Shown piece after piece: positions 1 through 10,022 of a stretch of 64,000 nt of DNA (its first letter is position 1; the number at the start of each line of letters is the position of its first letter). Position numbers and translations under genes: made by a program. The DNA is from an uncultured delta proteobacterium (GTDB lineage: Bacteria > Desulfobacterota > BSN033 > UBA1163). The notes beneath the pieces are model-generated. The model searched no databases. It was not told the DNA's origin and saw only the letters and a list, made by a program, of their open reading frames with translations. The DNA is taken from assembly GCA_963827685.1 (NCBI GenBank), contig CAWHBU010000002.1:160001-224000 (forward strand), given 5' to 3'.

Positions 1-2
1 TC

Positions 3-944
3 GGAATTACCTCTCTTAAGTTTTTAATGGGGTATAAAGGAGAGGATGCAAGAAGAATGAATTCAGCCGAGATGACCGATGGTATTCTTTACGATGCTAT
101 GTTGATCTTGAAAGAGTATAAAGGGGCCTTGCCGTGCATTCATGCTGAGAACATTGAGCTTATTTGGAGCATAAGGAAAAGACTAATAAATCAAGGAAGA
201 TCAGATCCTACTGCTTGGTCGGACTCTCGACCGGACTTTACAGAGTCTGAATATGTCAGACGTGCACTTTTTCTGTCCGAACTAACGGGGTGCCCGATCT
301 ATATTGTTCACTTGAGCTCTAAAAAGGGGTTAGAGGAGTTAAAGGCATCTCGACCACATTACTCAAGAGTATTCGTAGAAACATGCCCTCAGTATCTAAC
401 ACACACGAAAGAACTAATGATTGATAATCTTTTGAAGGTAAATCCTCCGATTCGTTCGAAGGAGGATATTGATGCACTTTGGGACGGAATAAAAGATGGT
501 TATATTCAGACCCTAGGCTCGGATCATATAGCTAGCAAAACGGAAAGTAAGAAGGGAAGTATTTGGGACGCTAGTTTGGGTTTTGCAGGAACAGCCACCT
601 TGCTTCCTGTCCTATTGAGTGAGGGTGTTCACAAGAGGAAAATTTCTTTAGAAAAGGTTGCAGAGATAACATCTTATAACGTCGCAAAAATCTTTAATCT
701 CTATCCAAAGAAGGGTAGTATTAAGATTGGGTCTGATGCAGACCTGACCATTATAGATTTGGAGAAAGAAAAAATAGTTAAACATGCTATGTTGAATTCT
801 TCCTCGGATTTTTCGATTTATGAAAATTGGCATTTAAAAGGGTGGCCAATACTTACAATGGTAAGAGGAAATGTCGTGATGAGGGATGGTGAAGTAATTG
901 GCAAAAGAGGATTCGGGAAGTTTATTAAAAGAAACCTTCTTTAG
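3..944 (+). CDS. Cyclic amidohydrolase (dihydropyrimidinase/hydantoinase/allantoinase family), 5' part outside the window
   Basis: Motifs HAEN, YIVHLS, ETCPQYL, KVNPPIR, GSDH, GSDAD. The frame is open from nt 3 (GITSLKFLMGYKG), so the gene starts upstream of the window. Confidence 0.88.
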   Translation, partial: GITSLKFLMGYKGEDARRMNSAEMTDGILYDAMLILKEYKGALPCIHAENIELIWSIRKRLINQGRSDPTAWSDSRPDFTESEYVRRALFLSELTGCPIYIVHLSSKKGLEELKASRPHYSRVFVETCPQYLTHTKELMIDNLLKVNPPIRSKEDIDALWDGIKDGYIQTLGSDHIASKTESKKGSIWDASLGFAGTATLLPVLLSEGVHKRKISLEKVAEITSYNVAKIFNLYPKKGSIKIGSDADLTIIDLEKEKIVKHAMLNSSSDFSIYENWHLKGWPILTMVRGNVVMRDGEVIGKRGFGKFIKRNLL

Positions 945-1211
945 CTGTTTTTTACTTTTAGAATGATGGCAATCATTCTTTGTATGAAAGGGTAATTATT
1001 AAAGTGCATCTAGTGTAATGTCTCATAAATAGCTTTATTAAATATGAGTTCGATGATAGCAACAATTTACGTTAAGTTTTGCCAATTTAAAAGGACCACA
1101 ATGTCAAATGTGATATTGCCTCTTGCCTGAGGGAAAAGTCCCCTGTTTCAGCAACCCATCCCGAGGTGGAGGAAAGATCAAAGCCGATTTAACTATTGGG
1201 GAGGATTTACA

Positions 1212-2093
1212 GTGAAAGAATTTGATTATGCATGTCCAACTTCAGTTAAAGAGGCAGTCTCAATAATAGCGGACCACAGGGGAGAAGCTAAAATCCTAGC
1301 AGGTGGAACAGATTTGTTAAATCTCATGAGAGGCGGGAAACTTTCGCCAAAATTTATAGTTTCAATGAGAAATATATCGGAATTCCGAGATGCCAAAATG
1401 CAGGATGGATTTTTAAGTATTGGAGCTTTTAGCACTTTACATAATGTCGCGAGATCAGAGATTATCAAAAGCAAATATCAAATTCTGTGTGGTGCTATTG
1501 AGCAAATGGGATCATTTCAGATTAGAAACAGAGGTACAATTGGAGGTAACATCTGCAATGCCTCTCCGGCCGCGGATACAGTAGCTCCTCTTATGGTTCT
1601 CGATGCCGAGGCAATAATACAAGGGCCACACGGTAAACAGAGAAAATCAATAACAGATTTTTTTAAAGGACCAGGAGAGACAATTCTTGCAGACGATGAG
1701 ATCCTAACGAACATAATGCTTCCTGAAATCAAAGGTAACAGTAATGGATTATATATAAAACTAGGTAGGCGTAAAGCCTCCGAGATTGCTATCGTAGGAG
1801 TAGCCGTCTATATAAATTTGGATCCATCTAATGAACATATCAGCGATATAAGAATAGCAATTTCATCGGTAGCGCCAAAACCTTTGAGAGTATTCGATGC
1901 CGAATCAATTCTAAAAGGACGAGTTATAGACAGCCAATTGGTTGAAAAAACGGCGTCTGTTGTTAGTCAGGCTTCAGATCCGATCACCGATGTCAGAGCA
2001 TCGAGAGAATACCGAAAAGAGATGGTTCGGATTCTGACGATAAGGGCTATCACAGATATTGTTTCGGGACTCAAGGAGAACCCTAGGGAATGA
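1212..2093 (+). CDS. Xanthine dehydrogenase/CoxM-family FAD-binding medium subunit
   Basis: AGGTDL, IRNRGTIGGNICNASPAAD, PITDVRAS.EYR; GGAGG RBS before the GTG start. Confidence 0.93.
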   Translation: MKEFDYACPTSVKEAVSIIADHRGEAKILAGGTDLLNLMRGGKLSPKFIVSMRNISEFRDAKMQDGFLSIGAFSTLHNVARSEIIKSKYQILCGAIEQMGSFQIRNRGTIGGNICNASPAADTVAPLMVLDAEAIIQGPHGKQRKSITDFFKGPGETILADDEILTNIMLPEIKGNSNGLYIKLGRRKASEIAIVGVAVYINLDPSNEHISDIRIAISSVAPKPLRVFDAESILKGRVIDSQLVEKTASVVSQASDPITDVRASREYRKEMVRILTIRAITDIVSGLKENPRE

Positions 2094-2220
2094 AGGTTAT
2101 ATCAAGACAGGGTTTAGTTTGCCGGTATCGAATTACTGAAATCAGACCTTATAACGTTAGTCAAGGACCCTTAAGTAATTTGCGGAATCTAGAACTGACA
2201 CAACGGGAAAGGACAAAAAA

Positions 2221-2697
2221 ATGAAAAGGAGGATTGAACTCAAGGTAAATCAAGAAATATACGAGCTTGAAGTCGAGCCAAGGTCTACATTAGTGAAAGT
2301 CATTCGGGAAAATCTGGGGCTGATAGGAACTAAGTGCGGGTGTGAGAGAGGAGAATGTGGCTCTTGTACTATATTGCTGGACGGATTGCCTGTAAATTCT
2401 TGTCTCATTCTTGCAGTTGAAGCTGAAGGATCTGAGATCTTAACCATAGAGGGTCTAGCTCGAGATGAAAAGCTTCATGTCCTCCAGAAAAATTTTGTAG
2501 AACATGGTGCCATTCAATGTGGGTTTTGTACTCCAGGAATGATTATGACAGCTAAGGGTCTTTTGGATATGAACCCTAGGGCAACAGAGGAAGAGGTGCG
2601 CCAAGCTATAGCCGGTAATTTCTGTCGCTGTACAGGATACGCTCAGATAGTAAAAAGCATTCTATTATCTACCGTAGATTATAAACAAGCTTATTAG
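2221..2697 (+). CDS. CoxS/XdhC-family 2x[2Fe-2S] small subunit
   Basis: GTKCGCERGECGSCT, QCGFCTPG, GNFCRCTGY. Confidence 0.95.
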   Translation: MKRRIELKVNQEIYELEVEPRSTLVKVIRENLGLIGTKCGCERGECGSCTILLDGLPVNSCLILAVEAEGSEILTIEGLARDEKLHVLQKNFVEHGAIQCGFCTPGMIMTAKGLLDMNPRATEEEVRQAIAGNFCRCTGYAQIVKSILLSTVDYKQAY

Positions 2698-2954
2698 TTT
2701 TGCTTTAAGGAGTTTTTATCAAGTATAAGATTTTAGTTTAAAGCTTGTTATACGCCAATAATCACTTTGTTAAGAAATGGATTCTTTAGAAATAAGATTT
2801 TTCCCTAAGTTGCACAAGATATAAGCAGGACTGCTGATAAATTAGGGGTAAAGCGAAAGATGATGTATATTGAGGAAAATTTTGGGAATGGAAGCAAATT
2901 TGTTTAAGATTGATGGGTACCATTATTTTTAGAACTGAAAATTAGAGGACGGCA

Positions 2955-5285
2955 ATGCAGAAAGACGATTATAATGTGATAGGGAAGAATTTTAGTAAAG
3001 TTGAGGCAATTCAAAAAGTTGTTGGAAATTTGAAATATGCTGGCGATATATTTTACCCCAACTGTCTACATGGAAAAGTACTTAGGAGTCCACATGCACA
3101 CGCAATAATAAAGAGAATAGATACTAATAAAGCGGAGAAGCTTAAAGGTGTGAAGGCGGTTATTACCTACAAGGATGTTCCAAAAATTCCAACTACACAT
3201 AATTCTATTTATCTTTTCCATGTACAATGCTTCGACAGTTTTATTTTGGAAGAAAAAGTGCGGCACGTGGGGGACAGAGTGGCTGCAGTTGCTGCAGTGA
3301 GCCCTGAGATTGCAGAAGAAGCCGCTGAATTAATAGAAGTTGAGTATGAGAAACTGCCAGCAGTTTTTAATCTTATTAAAAGTATGGAACCAAATGCTCC
3401 GGCAATTCATACCATCGTTAGAAGGGGCGCGAATCAAGTTGACATAAAGAATAACATCTTGGCGACCCGAAATATCGGAGATATCGAAACGGGAGATGTG
3501 GATAGAGGTTTTAAAGAATCGGATTTAATAGTTGAAAATGTATTTGAGACCTCTAGACCAAACAACGCTCCACTTGAAAGGACTGTTATTATTTGTTGTC
3601 CTGGGCCTGAAGGTACGCTCGAGGTTTATGCTACTACTCAAAGTATACATACGTTGCGGATGAGTCTGGCAGCTTCACTTGGGATCCCTCTTCATCTAAT
3701 AAATGTTCACCGCGTATATCTTGGTGGGGCTTTTGGTGCACATATTCATATGGGATTCGTTGAACCGATTTGTGCTTTTCTAGCCCTTAAAACAAAACGA
3801 CCCGTAAGAATGGAGAAGACAAGAAAAGAAATGTTTCTTTCGTGTGGACGTCATCCACAAATTATAAAGTTGAAGACCGGGGTTAAAAAAGATGGTACTC
3901 TTGTTGCTCAACACATGGATTTAACCGATGATACCGGCGCTTATGCTACAGGAGCAGAATCGAAGATGCTTCTCCCAGCAGGATTTTTTATGTCCATGTA
4001 TCGATGTCCTAATCAGCGATTTACTGGAAGAACCGTATATACGAACACGCCACCACTCTGTGCAATGCGCGGAGCAGGGAATCCGCAAGTCCACTTTGCC
4101 GTTGAATCACAGATGGATATGATCGCTGAGCAGTTGGGTATTGATCCGATAAAGATTAGATTAAAAAATCTCATCAAAGTGGGCGATACTGTTTATGGGT
4201 TCGGACATGAAAAATTGTACGTGATTCAAAGTGATGGTACTGAAGAGTTGCTGAGGGAAGGGGCTAAACTTATAAATTGGGAGAAGAGGAATAAAATTTG
4301 TTGTGATAAGTCGTGGCTAAGACGTGGTATGGGTGTTTCGAGAGGATTTCACATTTCAGGAATAGGGTCGGAAACCCCCTCCAAGTTTTATTTAGAATAC
4401 ACTGGTGCTATTGTGACAATTAATGGAAATGGAACCGCCAATCTTATCACAGCAAGTGTAGATGCAGGACCTGGGAGTAACACGGTTCATGCTGCTTTGG
4501 CGGCCGAAGAGTTAGGAGTCCGTTTTGAGGATGTTGTGGTTTGTGATAGCGATACAAATACAGCACCTTTTGATTGCCCTACCCATGCTAGTCGTAGTAC
4601 ATACGTCGTTGGATTGGCGGTTCAGAAAGCAGCAAAGCAGGCTAAAGAGATTTTGCTAAAATTGGCATCAGAGATTTTAGAGGCCCCAGCAGACATGCTC
4701 CAAGCAAAAGAAGGAAAAGTATACGTTGTTGGTAGACCCGAATGGTCAATAAGTATAGAAGAAGTTGTTCGCACAGCACAAAATAATAGTTGGGGAACCA
4801 TTATCGGATCTGCTTCCTTAAGGCCGACTACTCGCCCTCCTCAATTTACGGTTGCTTTTTGCGAAGTGGAGGTTGATACACAAACTGGTAATGTAAGGGT
4901 TGTACGCCATATTGCTGGACTTGATGCTGGAACAGTAATAAATAGGCATGCCATTGAGGGGCAGATAATAGGTGGAGTTCACATGGGTCTAGGATATGCT
5001 CTGCTTGAGGACACTATAATAGATGAAACCAATGGGAATGTTTTGACAACCGATTTTACTGACTATAAGACCTTTACAGCAGTTGACATGCCGTCAATAG
5101 TAACAATTATTGCAGATACGTTTGAACCAACGGGTCCATTTGGTGCAAAGGGATGTGGCGAGGGAGTGACCAATCCAGTTGCACCAGCAGTGTGTAACGC
5201 AATTTATAATGCAATAGGGGTTAGAATAAAAAAGTTACCCGTAACGCCTGAAAAAATATTGAGTGCATTAAGAGAAAATGGCTAG
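2955..5285 (+). CDS. Xanthine oxidase-family molybdopterin-binding large subunit
   Basis: LRSPHAHA, GGAFG, RHP, AMRGAG, ASRST, GPFGAKGCGE; follows the M and S subunits. Confidence 0.93.
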   Translation: MQKDDYNVIGKNFSKVEAIQKVVGNLKYAGDIFYPNCLHGKVLRSPHAHAIIKRIDTNKAEKLKGVKAVITYKDVPKIPTTHNSIYLFHVQCFDSFILEEKVRHVGDRVAAVAAVSPEIAEEAAELIEVEYEKLPAVFNLIKSMEPNAPAIHTIVRRGANQVDIKNNILATRNIGDIETGDVDRGFKESDLIVENVFETSRPNNAPLERTVIICCPGPEGTLEVYATTQSIHTLRMSLAASLGIPLHLINVHRVYLGGAFGAHIHMGFVEPICAFLALKTKRPVRMEKTRKEMFLSCGRHPQIIKLKTGVKKDGTLVAQHMDLTDDTGAYATGAESKMLLPAGFFMSMYRCPNQRFTGRTVYTNTPPLCAMRGAGNPQVHFAVESQMDMIAEQLGIDPIKIRLKNLIKVGDTVYGFGHEKLYVIQSDGTEELLREGAKLINWEKRNKICCDKSWLRRGMGVSRGFHISGIGSETPSKFYLEYTGAIVTINGNGTANLITASVDAGPGSNTVHAALAAEELGVRFEDVVVCDSDTNTAPFDCPTHASRSTYVVGLAVQKAAKQAKEILLKLASEILEAPADMLQAKEGKVYVVGRPEWSISIEEVVRTAQNNSWGTIIGSASLRPTTRPPQFTVAFCEVEVDTQTGNVRVVRHIAGLDAGTVINRHAIEGQIIGGVHMGLGYALLEDTIIDETNGNVLTTDFTDYKTFTAVDMPSIVTIIADTFEPTGPFGAKGCGEGVTNPVAPAVCNAIYNAIGVRIKKLPVTPEKILSALRENG

Positions 5286-5404
5286 GCTGATATAAGGAAG
5301 TAGGGGGAGGATATAGGGTGAAAGCAGGTTAACTCTGAGAACGGAGGTACAGAAAAGATAAAGGGGAATGATAACGGGTAAAATAATCTAATAGGGTTAG
5401 CGAG

Positions 5405-6781
5405 ATGAGTAAAGAACACAATCTAGTAAGGTTTTGCCTTGATTTAAATTTTAATGATTTAAGTGGTGAATTAGTTGACCATACAAAAATAGTCGTTATG
5501 GATTCGATTGGGGTTATAGTCGCGGGATTTCATGCCAATCCTATTCATAAAAAATGGGCCCAAAGAACTAAAAACATTGCACCTGGTGATGCTACTATTC
5601 TGGGCGGAGATATCAAAGCTGAAGAAGCCTACACGGCGTTAGCTAATGGAATGGCTGGGACATCATTAGAATTGGATGAGGGTAATCGCTTTAGTGGAGG
5701 CCATCCTGCAATGCATGTTATTCCAGCAGCTTTAGCATTATCAGAAAAAAATAGTAGGAGCGGAAAAGAATTCATCACGGCGGTAGTAGCAGGTTATGAG
5801 ATTGCCTCAAGGGTTGGGAGAGCCCTAGCTCCTTTAAGAAAGGAGAGTCATCCGCACGGAATTTGGGGGGTGATGGGGGCTACGATTGCAAGTGCTAAAT
5901 TGCTGCGGTTAGATTTTAGTCAAACCTACCATGCCGCATCTATAGCTTCCAACTATTCCTTAAATACTTCTTTTGATACGGCACTAGAAGGGGCAACGGT
6001 CCGAGACTCTTATTGTGGTCTAGCAAATTGTTTAGGGATCTTATCAGTTCGATTAGCTCAAAATGGATTTACCGGGCTCAATGAAGGAATAGTTCGACAA
6101 TATACCCATCTCGGGCAAAATGGATTCCAGGAATCTTGCCTACTTGATTCCTTAGGAGAAGTATTTGAGATCTCTAGAAATTATTTTAAAGTTCACGCAG
6201 CCTGTCGGTATACACATGGAGCCTTAGATGCTCTAAATCAAATTATATTTTCCCATGGGCCTATCCCACCAGATGATATCGCTAAGATTGAAGTTTTTAC
6301 ATATAAAGCTGCTGCACGGCTCAGGGACCCTAATCCTAAGAATGCTCTTCAGGCTAAATTTAGTATTCCTTATGCGATGGCCGCTCGTCTCTTTTATGGA
6401 TCTAGCAGAATTGATTCGTTCAAAGATGAATCTATTACTGAGGAGGTCATCCAGTTAGCCCAGAAGGTGAAGGTCTCTGAGAATCCTGATTTTTCTTCTC
6501 AGCTTCCGAATAAGATACCAACAGAGGTAGTTGTGCATCTTTATAATGGTCAAAAATATTCTGCACTTATTGACATTCCTGAGGGCGATACTACAAAACC
6601 CTATTCTCCTCAAATTCTAAAAGAAAAATTTATAGCATTGATGTCTCCCCACGTAGGACCCGATAAAGTGGAAAAGATATTGAAAGTGATTGGAAAAATA
6701 GAAGATATAGAAAACTTACGAAGTTTCACACAACTTTTACATAATGGACCAGTTTCAAGTGATAAACGTATGAGGAGATAA
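5405..6781 (+). CDS. MmgE/PrpD family protein
   Basis: ANGMAGTSLELDE, GHP, GYE, FKVHAACRYTH, AKFSIPY. Confidence 0.9.
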   Translation: MSKEHNLVRFCLDLNFNDLSGELVDHTKIVVMDSIGVIVAGFHANPIHKKWAQRTKNIAPGDATILGGDIKAEEAYTALANGMAGTSLELDEGNRFSGGHPAMHVIPAALALSEKNSRSGKEFITAVVAGYEIASRVGRALAPLRKESHPHGIWGVMGATIASAKLLRLDFSQTYHAASIASNYSLNTSFDTALEGATVRDSYCGLANCLGILSVRLAQNGFTGLNEGIVRQYTHLGQNGFQESCLLDSLGEVFEISRNYFKVHAACRYTHGALDALNQIIFSHGPIPPDDIAKIEVFTYKAAARLRDPNPKNALQAKFSIPYAMAARLFYGSSRIDSFKDESITEEVIQLAQKVKVSENPDFSSQLPNKIPTEVVVHLYNGQKYSALIDIPEGDTTKPYSPQILKEKFIALMSPHVGPDKVEKILKVIGKIEDIENLRSFTQLLHNGPVSSDKRMRR

Positions 6782-6951
6782 AGATTCATTGAAAATATAG
6801 TTTATCGGTTAAGAATATTTAGACTAGAGTGCATGGTTTATGCGCAGGAATCATCTGTTTCAACACTTAGAAATACCAGTTACAGATTTTAAGAGGAAGA
6901 TAACCATAAGCAACCGTATTGTCTTAGTTAACGGGGTTACGGGGAAGTGTT

Positions 6952-7134
6952 ATGGAAAAAAGAGAAAAAGAAACTAATAGTATTTTGGGAGAAAAACTTA
7001 AAGTTATCAACATTGGGTTGGAGCTATTTTGCGATGAGTTAAAAAGCCAAGACGTAGAGGTGTTACAGGTAGATTGGGCTCCACCGGCGGGTGGGGACAA
7101 AGAAATAGCCAAAATTTTAGAAAGTTTAATCTGA
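6952..7134 (+). CDS. Stand-alone FdrA C-terminal/YlbE N-terminal-like mini-protein
   Basis: VINIGLELF...L..Q.V.V.QVDW.PPAGGD signature; lies next to DUF2877 and carbamate kinase. Confidence 0.75.
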   Translation: MEKREKETNSILGEKLKVINIGLELFCDELKSQDVEVLQVDWAPPAGGDKEIAKILESLI

Positions 7135-7310
7135 ATTCTTGGGCGGTAGGACTTTTTACATTGAAATGTGGGTTGGTTTGAACAAATGTGATTATATATT
7201 ATGACGTTGGTTTCCATATTTGCATGGATTTCAATTGGCATGATTTAAGTTGTCTATGCAAATCGTAAGGCAAATTTAGAGGTATCGAAAACTTACGAGA
7301 GTCCTTTATA

Positions 7311-8237
7311 ATGGAAATACTTAAAGCTATATCCTCAACTCCTGAAGTGTTAACCAAGATTTCCCAATCAAAAACATTGGGTAAAATCATTGGGGTTTAT
7401 GACCGAGCTTTGAATTTTCGACTGACTGATGGAAGCATTATAGGTGTTATAGAGATGACAGCAGGTAATTGTCCAGGCAATATTGTGATATCATGCTTTT
7501 CTAGTATTAATTCTGAAATCGAGGCTGGAACTAATGTATACCTATATCCGTCTTTTTTGCGGATAGGGGGTGTGCTAATTATTTCTCTTGAAAATATGAA
7601 ACTATGGAACCCAAAAGTGGGGCTTCAATCCAATTTATCTCACCAATCAATTATAGAAAACAAGGTGATTAAAATAATAGTAAAAACGAGAGGATCTGCA
7701 AAAGGGTCTGGACCACTTATCCCTTATGCCTTCCAAATCAGCCGCGGGTTTAACTTTTCTTCTCCAAATTCTGTATGGGGAAAACTTTTTGCGCCTCACT
7801 TAGTTGGTATTTGTCAGGGCATTATTGAGGGAGATCGCAAAAAAATAGAAGAAAACTTTTCGCAGATTATCGGAATGGGTCCTGGCCTAACTCCCTCAGG
7901 GGACGATATCATGGTCGGATTATTTGGTTCTCTTTATCCAATTCTTTGCTCCTTTGGGCAAGATCCTCTTTCTCTTCCCATATGGCCCTCTGTTGATTGG
8001 ATTAGAGGAACGACCTGGTTTGGGGATTCCCTTGTCTACCATAGCCTTAGGGGAGAACTCGCACAGCTGGTTCAGAGCGTTATTTTGGGAATTTTAACTG
8101 AAAAGGTAGATTTGGAGATCTCTTTACTTAAACTTCTAAGCATGGGGGCAAGCTCAGGACATGATACACTCCTCGGAATACTATTGGGAGTATTGGTAGG
8201 GTTGGAAATTAAGAAACAGAAAAATCTAAGTAACTAA
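7311..8237 (+). CDS. DUF2877 protein (YlbF/AllH-like, oxamate transcarbamylase subunit family)
   Basis: IGMGPGLTPSGDD and GASSGHDTLLG motifs. Confidence 0.85.
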   Translation: MEILKAISSTPEVLTKISQSKTLGKIIGVYDRALNFRLTDGSIIGVIEMTAGNCPGNIVISCFSSINSEIEAGTNVYLYPSFLRIGGVLIISLENMKLWNPKVGLQSNLSHQSIIENKVIKIIVKTRGSAKGSGPLIPYAFQISRGFNFSSPNSVWGKLFAPHLVGICQGIIEGDRKKIEENFSQIIGMGPGLTPSGDDIMVGLFGSLYPILCSFGQDPLSLPIWPSVDWIRGTTWFGDSLVYHSLRGELAQLVQSVILGILTEKVDLEISLLKLLSMGASSGHDTLLGILLGVLVGLEIKKQKNLSN

Positions 8238-8281
8238 GCTAATAGGCTTTTCAGGATGATGTTTAATGCGGTATCAAAAAA

Positions 8282-8692
8282 AATGAAGTTTTTGCTGCTA
8301 ATTTTCTTGATGAATTGACAGTCAAGATAAATGTGAATTTAAAGGTGTTTCAAGCCGCCATGGATGAATATAATCAAACCTGTGATAGCAGGTATGATTA
8401 CCTATTTGCTAAGGAAGCAAAGTATTTGTAGCCCGGAAAACACCGAAGTTTTATGCCATAAAGTGTTACCCTCACTTTTTGGGTACCTTAGGGAGAATTA
8501 AGATCAACCATAAGACAGAGGTTCTGAGGAAAAAGGGTGAGGTAATCCCAGGAATTTATGCCATCGAGAACGATGGCGGAGGGGATGTACGGAGATAGTT
8601 TTGATCTATGGTCAACAGGTGGGGCATGGGGCTTTGCCGCTAATTCTGGGCGCATTGCTGGAGAGAATGTTCTGAGGCACATCGGCAAATAA
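8282..8692 (+). pseudogene. Decayed C-terminal fragment of an FAD_binding_2 flavoprotein (flavocytochrome c/fumarate reductase/ketosteroid dehydrogenase-like)
   Basis: Manual translation gives ...DEYNQTCDSRYDYLFAKEAKYL* (TAG 8429-8431), a frameshift to TPKFYAIKCYPHFLGTLGRIKIN...IPGIYA, and a frameshift to MYGDSFDLWSTGGAWGFAANSGRIAGENV...* (TAA 8690-8692). Confidence 0.8.
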
Positions 8693-8749
8693 TAGACCTT
8701 GACCAACTGGTAGCGAAACGAGCCTGCATCAAGAAATCATAGAGGTTGA

Positions 8750-9697
8750 ATGATGGATCCAAGGTTTGCTGTTCTGGCAATCGGGGGGAATTCTTTAATA
8801 AAAGATAAAAACAGCGTATCTTTATCCTCACAGTACGAAGCGGTCAAGGAGACAGCGAAATATATAGCCGATCTCATTGCAGAGGGCTTGAGCATCGTGA
8901 TCACCCATGGCAATGGCCCTCAGGTAGGTTTTATCTATAGAAGAGGGGAACTTGCCCGTCACGAGCTTCCTCTTATTCCCTTAGACATCTGTGGAGCTGA
9001 CACACAAGGGGCAATCGGGTACATGATTCAAAAAGCGCTTCTGAACGAGTTCCGCAAGAGGGGAATTAAGAAGAAGGTGACCGCAGTGGTGACGCAGACA
9101 ATTGTGAGCAGAGACGACCCGTCCTTTCAGTATCCAACAAAACCAATCGGTTCCTTTATGTCGGAGGAAGATGCCCTCGTCAGTAAGAAGGAATTCGGTT
9201 GGCAGGTTGTAGAAGATGCAGGTCGGGGTTACAGGCGTGTCGCTCCCTCCCCCGCATCGAGAGAGATCATTGAATTGGATGTTATCAAGTTATTGGTGGA
9301 AAGTGGTTACATTGTGATTGCTGCAGGTGGAGGCGGAATTCCTGTTATAAAGAATGAACAGGGTGATCTGGAGGGAGTTGAAGCCGTTATTGATAAAGAC
9401 CTAGGGTCTTCTCTTTTAGCCAGAAATCTTGGGGCAGATACTTTCATTATTTCGACGGCCGTTGATGCTGTCTATTTAAACTTTGGTAAGAAGCGTCAGA
9501 GACCTATTCGCCATGCCACTTTGCTCGAAATAAAACGACATTTGGCGGAAGGGCATTTCAAACCAGGATCGATGAAACCAAAAATCGAGGCCATTATTGG
9601 GTTCCTTGAAGGCGGCGGGAAAAAGGGGATAATAACCTCGCCGGAGAATCTCCTTGAATCGATTAGGGGGGGATGTGGGACGACGATCGTGAAATAA
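8750..9697 (+). CDS. arcC: Carbamate kinase
   Basis: AIGGNSL, THGNGPQVG, PTKPIG, GGGGIPV, EAVIDKD, GSMKPK. Confidence 0.96.
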   Translation: MMDPRFAVLAIGGNSLIKDKNSVSLSSQYEAVKETAKYIADLIAEGLSIVITHGNGPQVGFIYRRGELARHELPLIPLDICGADTQGAIGYMIQKALLNEFRKRGIKKKVTAVVTQTIVSRDDPSFQYPTKPIGSFMSEEDALVSKKEFGWQVVEDAGRGYRRVAPSPASREIIELDVIKLLVESGYIVIAAGGGGIPVIKNEQGDLEGVEAVIDKDLGSSLLARNLGADTFIISTAVDAVYLNFGKKRQRPIRHATLLEIKRHLAEGHFKPGSMKPKIEAIIGFLEGGGKKGIITSPENLLESIRGGCGTTIVK

Positions 9698-10022
9698 GCA
9701 TTTCGGAGGTAGTGCTGCTTTATTTTCGACATTCTTGGCGGGATGGCAAACTGCGTAAAAGGATTGATCGTCTTCATTGGAGAGGTCTACCCTAACCGTA
9801 CTATTGGATCCCTCCGTTGATTAACAGAGATATTCGACCGTTAGTATAAGCGTTTATTATTTTATATCTCTTATATCTTATGTGATCTGGTCATAATTGG
9901 CTCGTATGTTCTGCAATAGATAGAAATAACCTTCCACAAAACAGGAATGGAAGCTATATATAGGTTGAATTGATTATAGACTGTTAAAAACTGGATATTC
10001 GGCCTTCAAAGGAGTAGGGTCA

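Noticed and set aside
1120-1200. Possible riboswitch upstream of the XDH medium subunit
   Set aside because: The patch is GC-richer but I could not match purine, Moco or c-di-GMP riboswitch consensus by eye; an Infernal/Rfam scan would be needed.
1212-5285. Aerobic CO dehydrogenase or 4-hydroxybenzoyl-CoA reductase
   Set aside because: The L subunit lacks the VAYxCSFR loop (it has AMRGAG), and the 293-aa M subunit lacks the extra [4Fe-4S] Cys insertion of HcrB.
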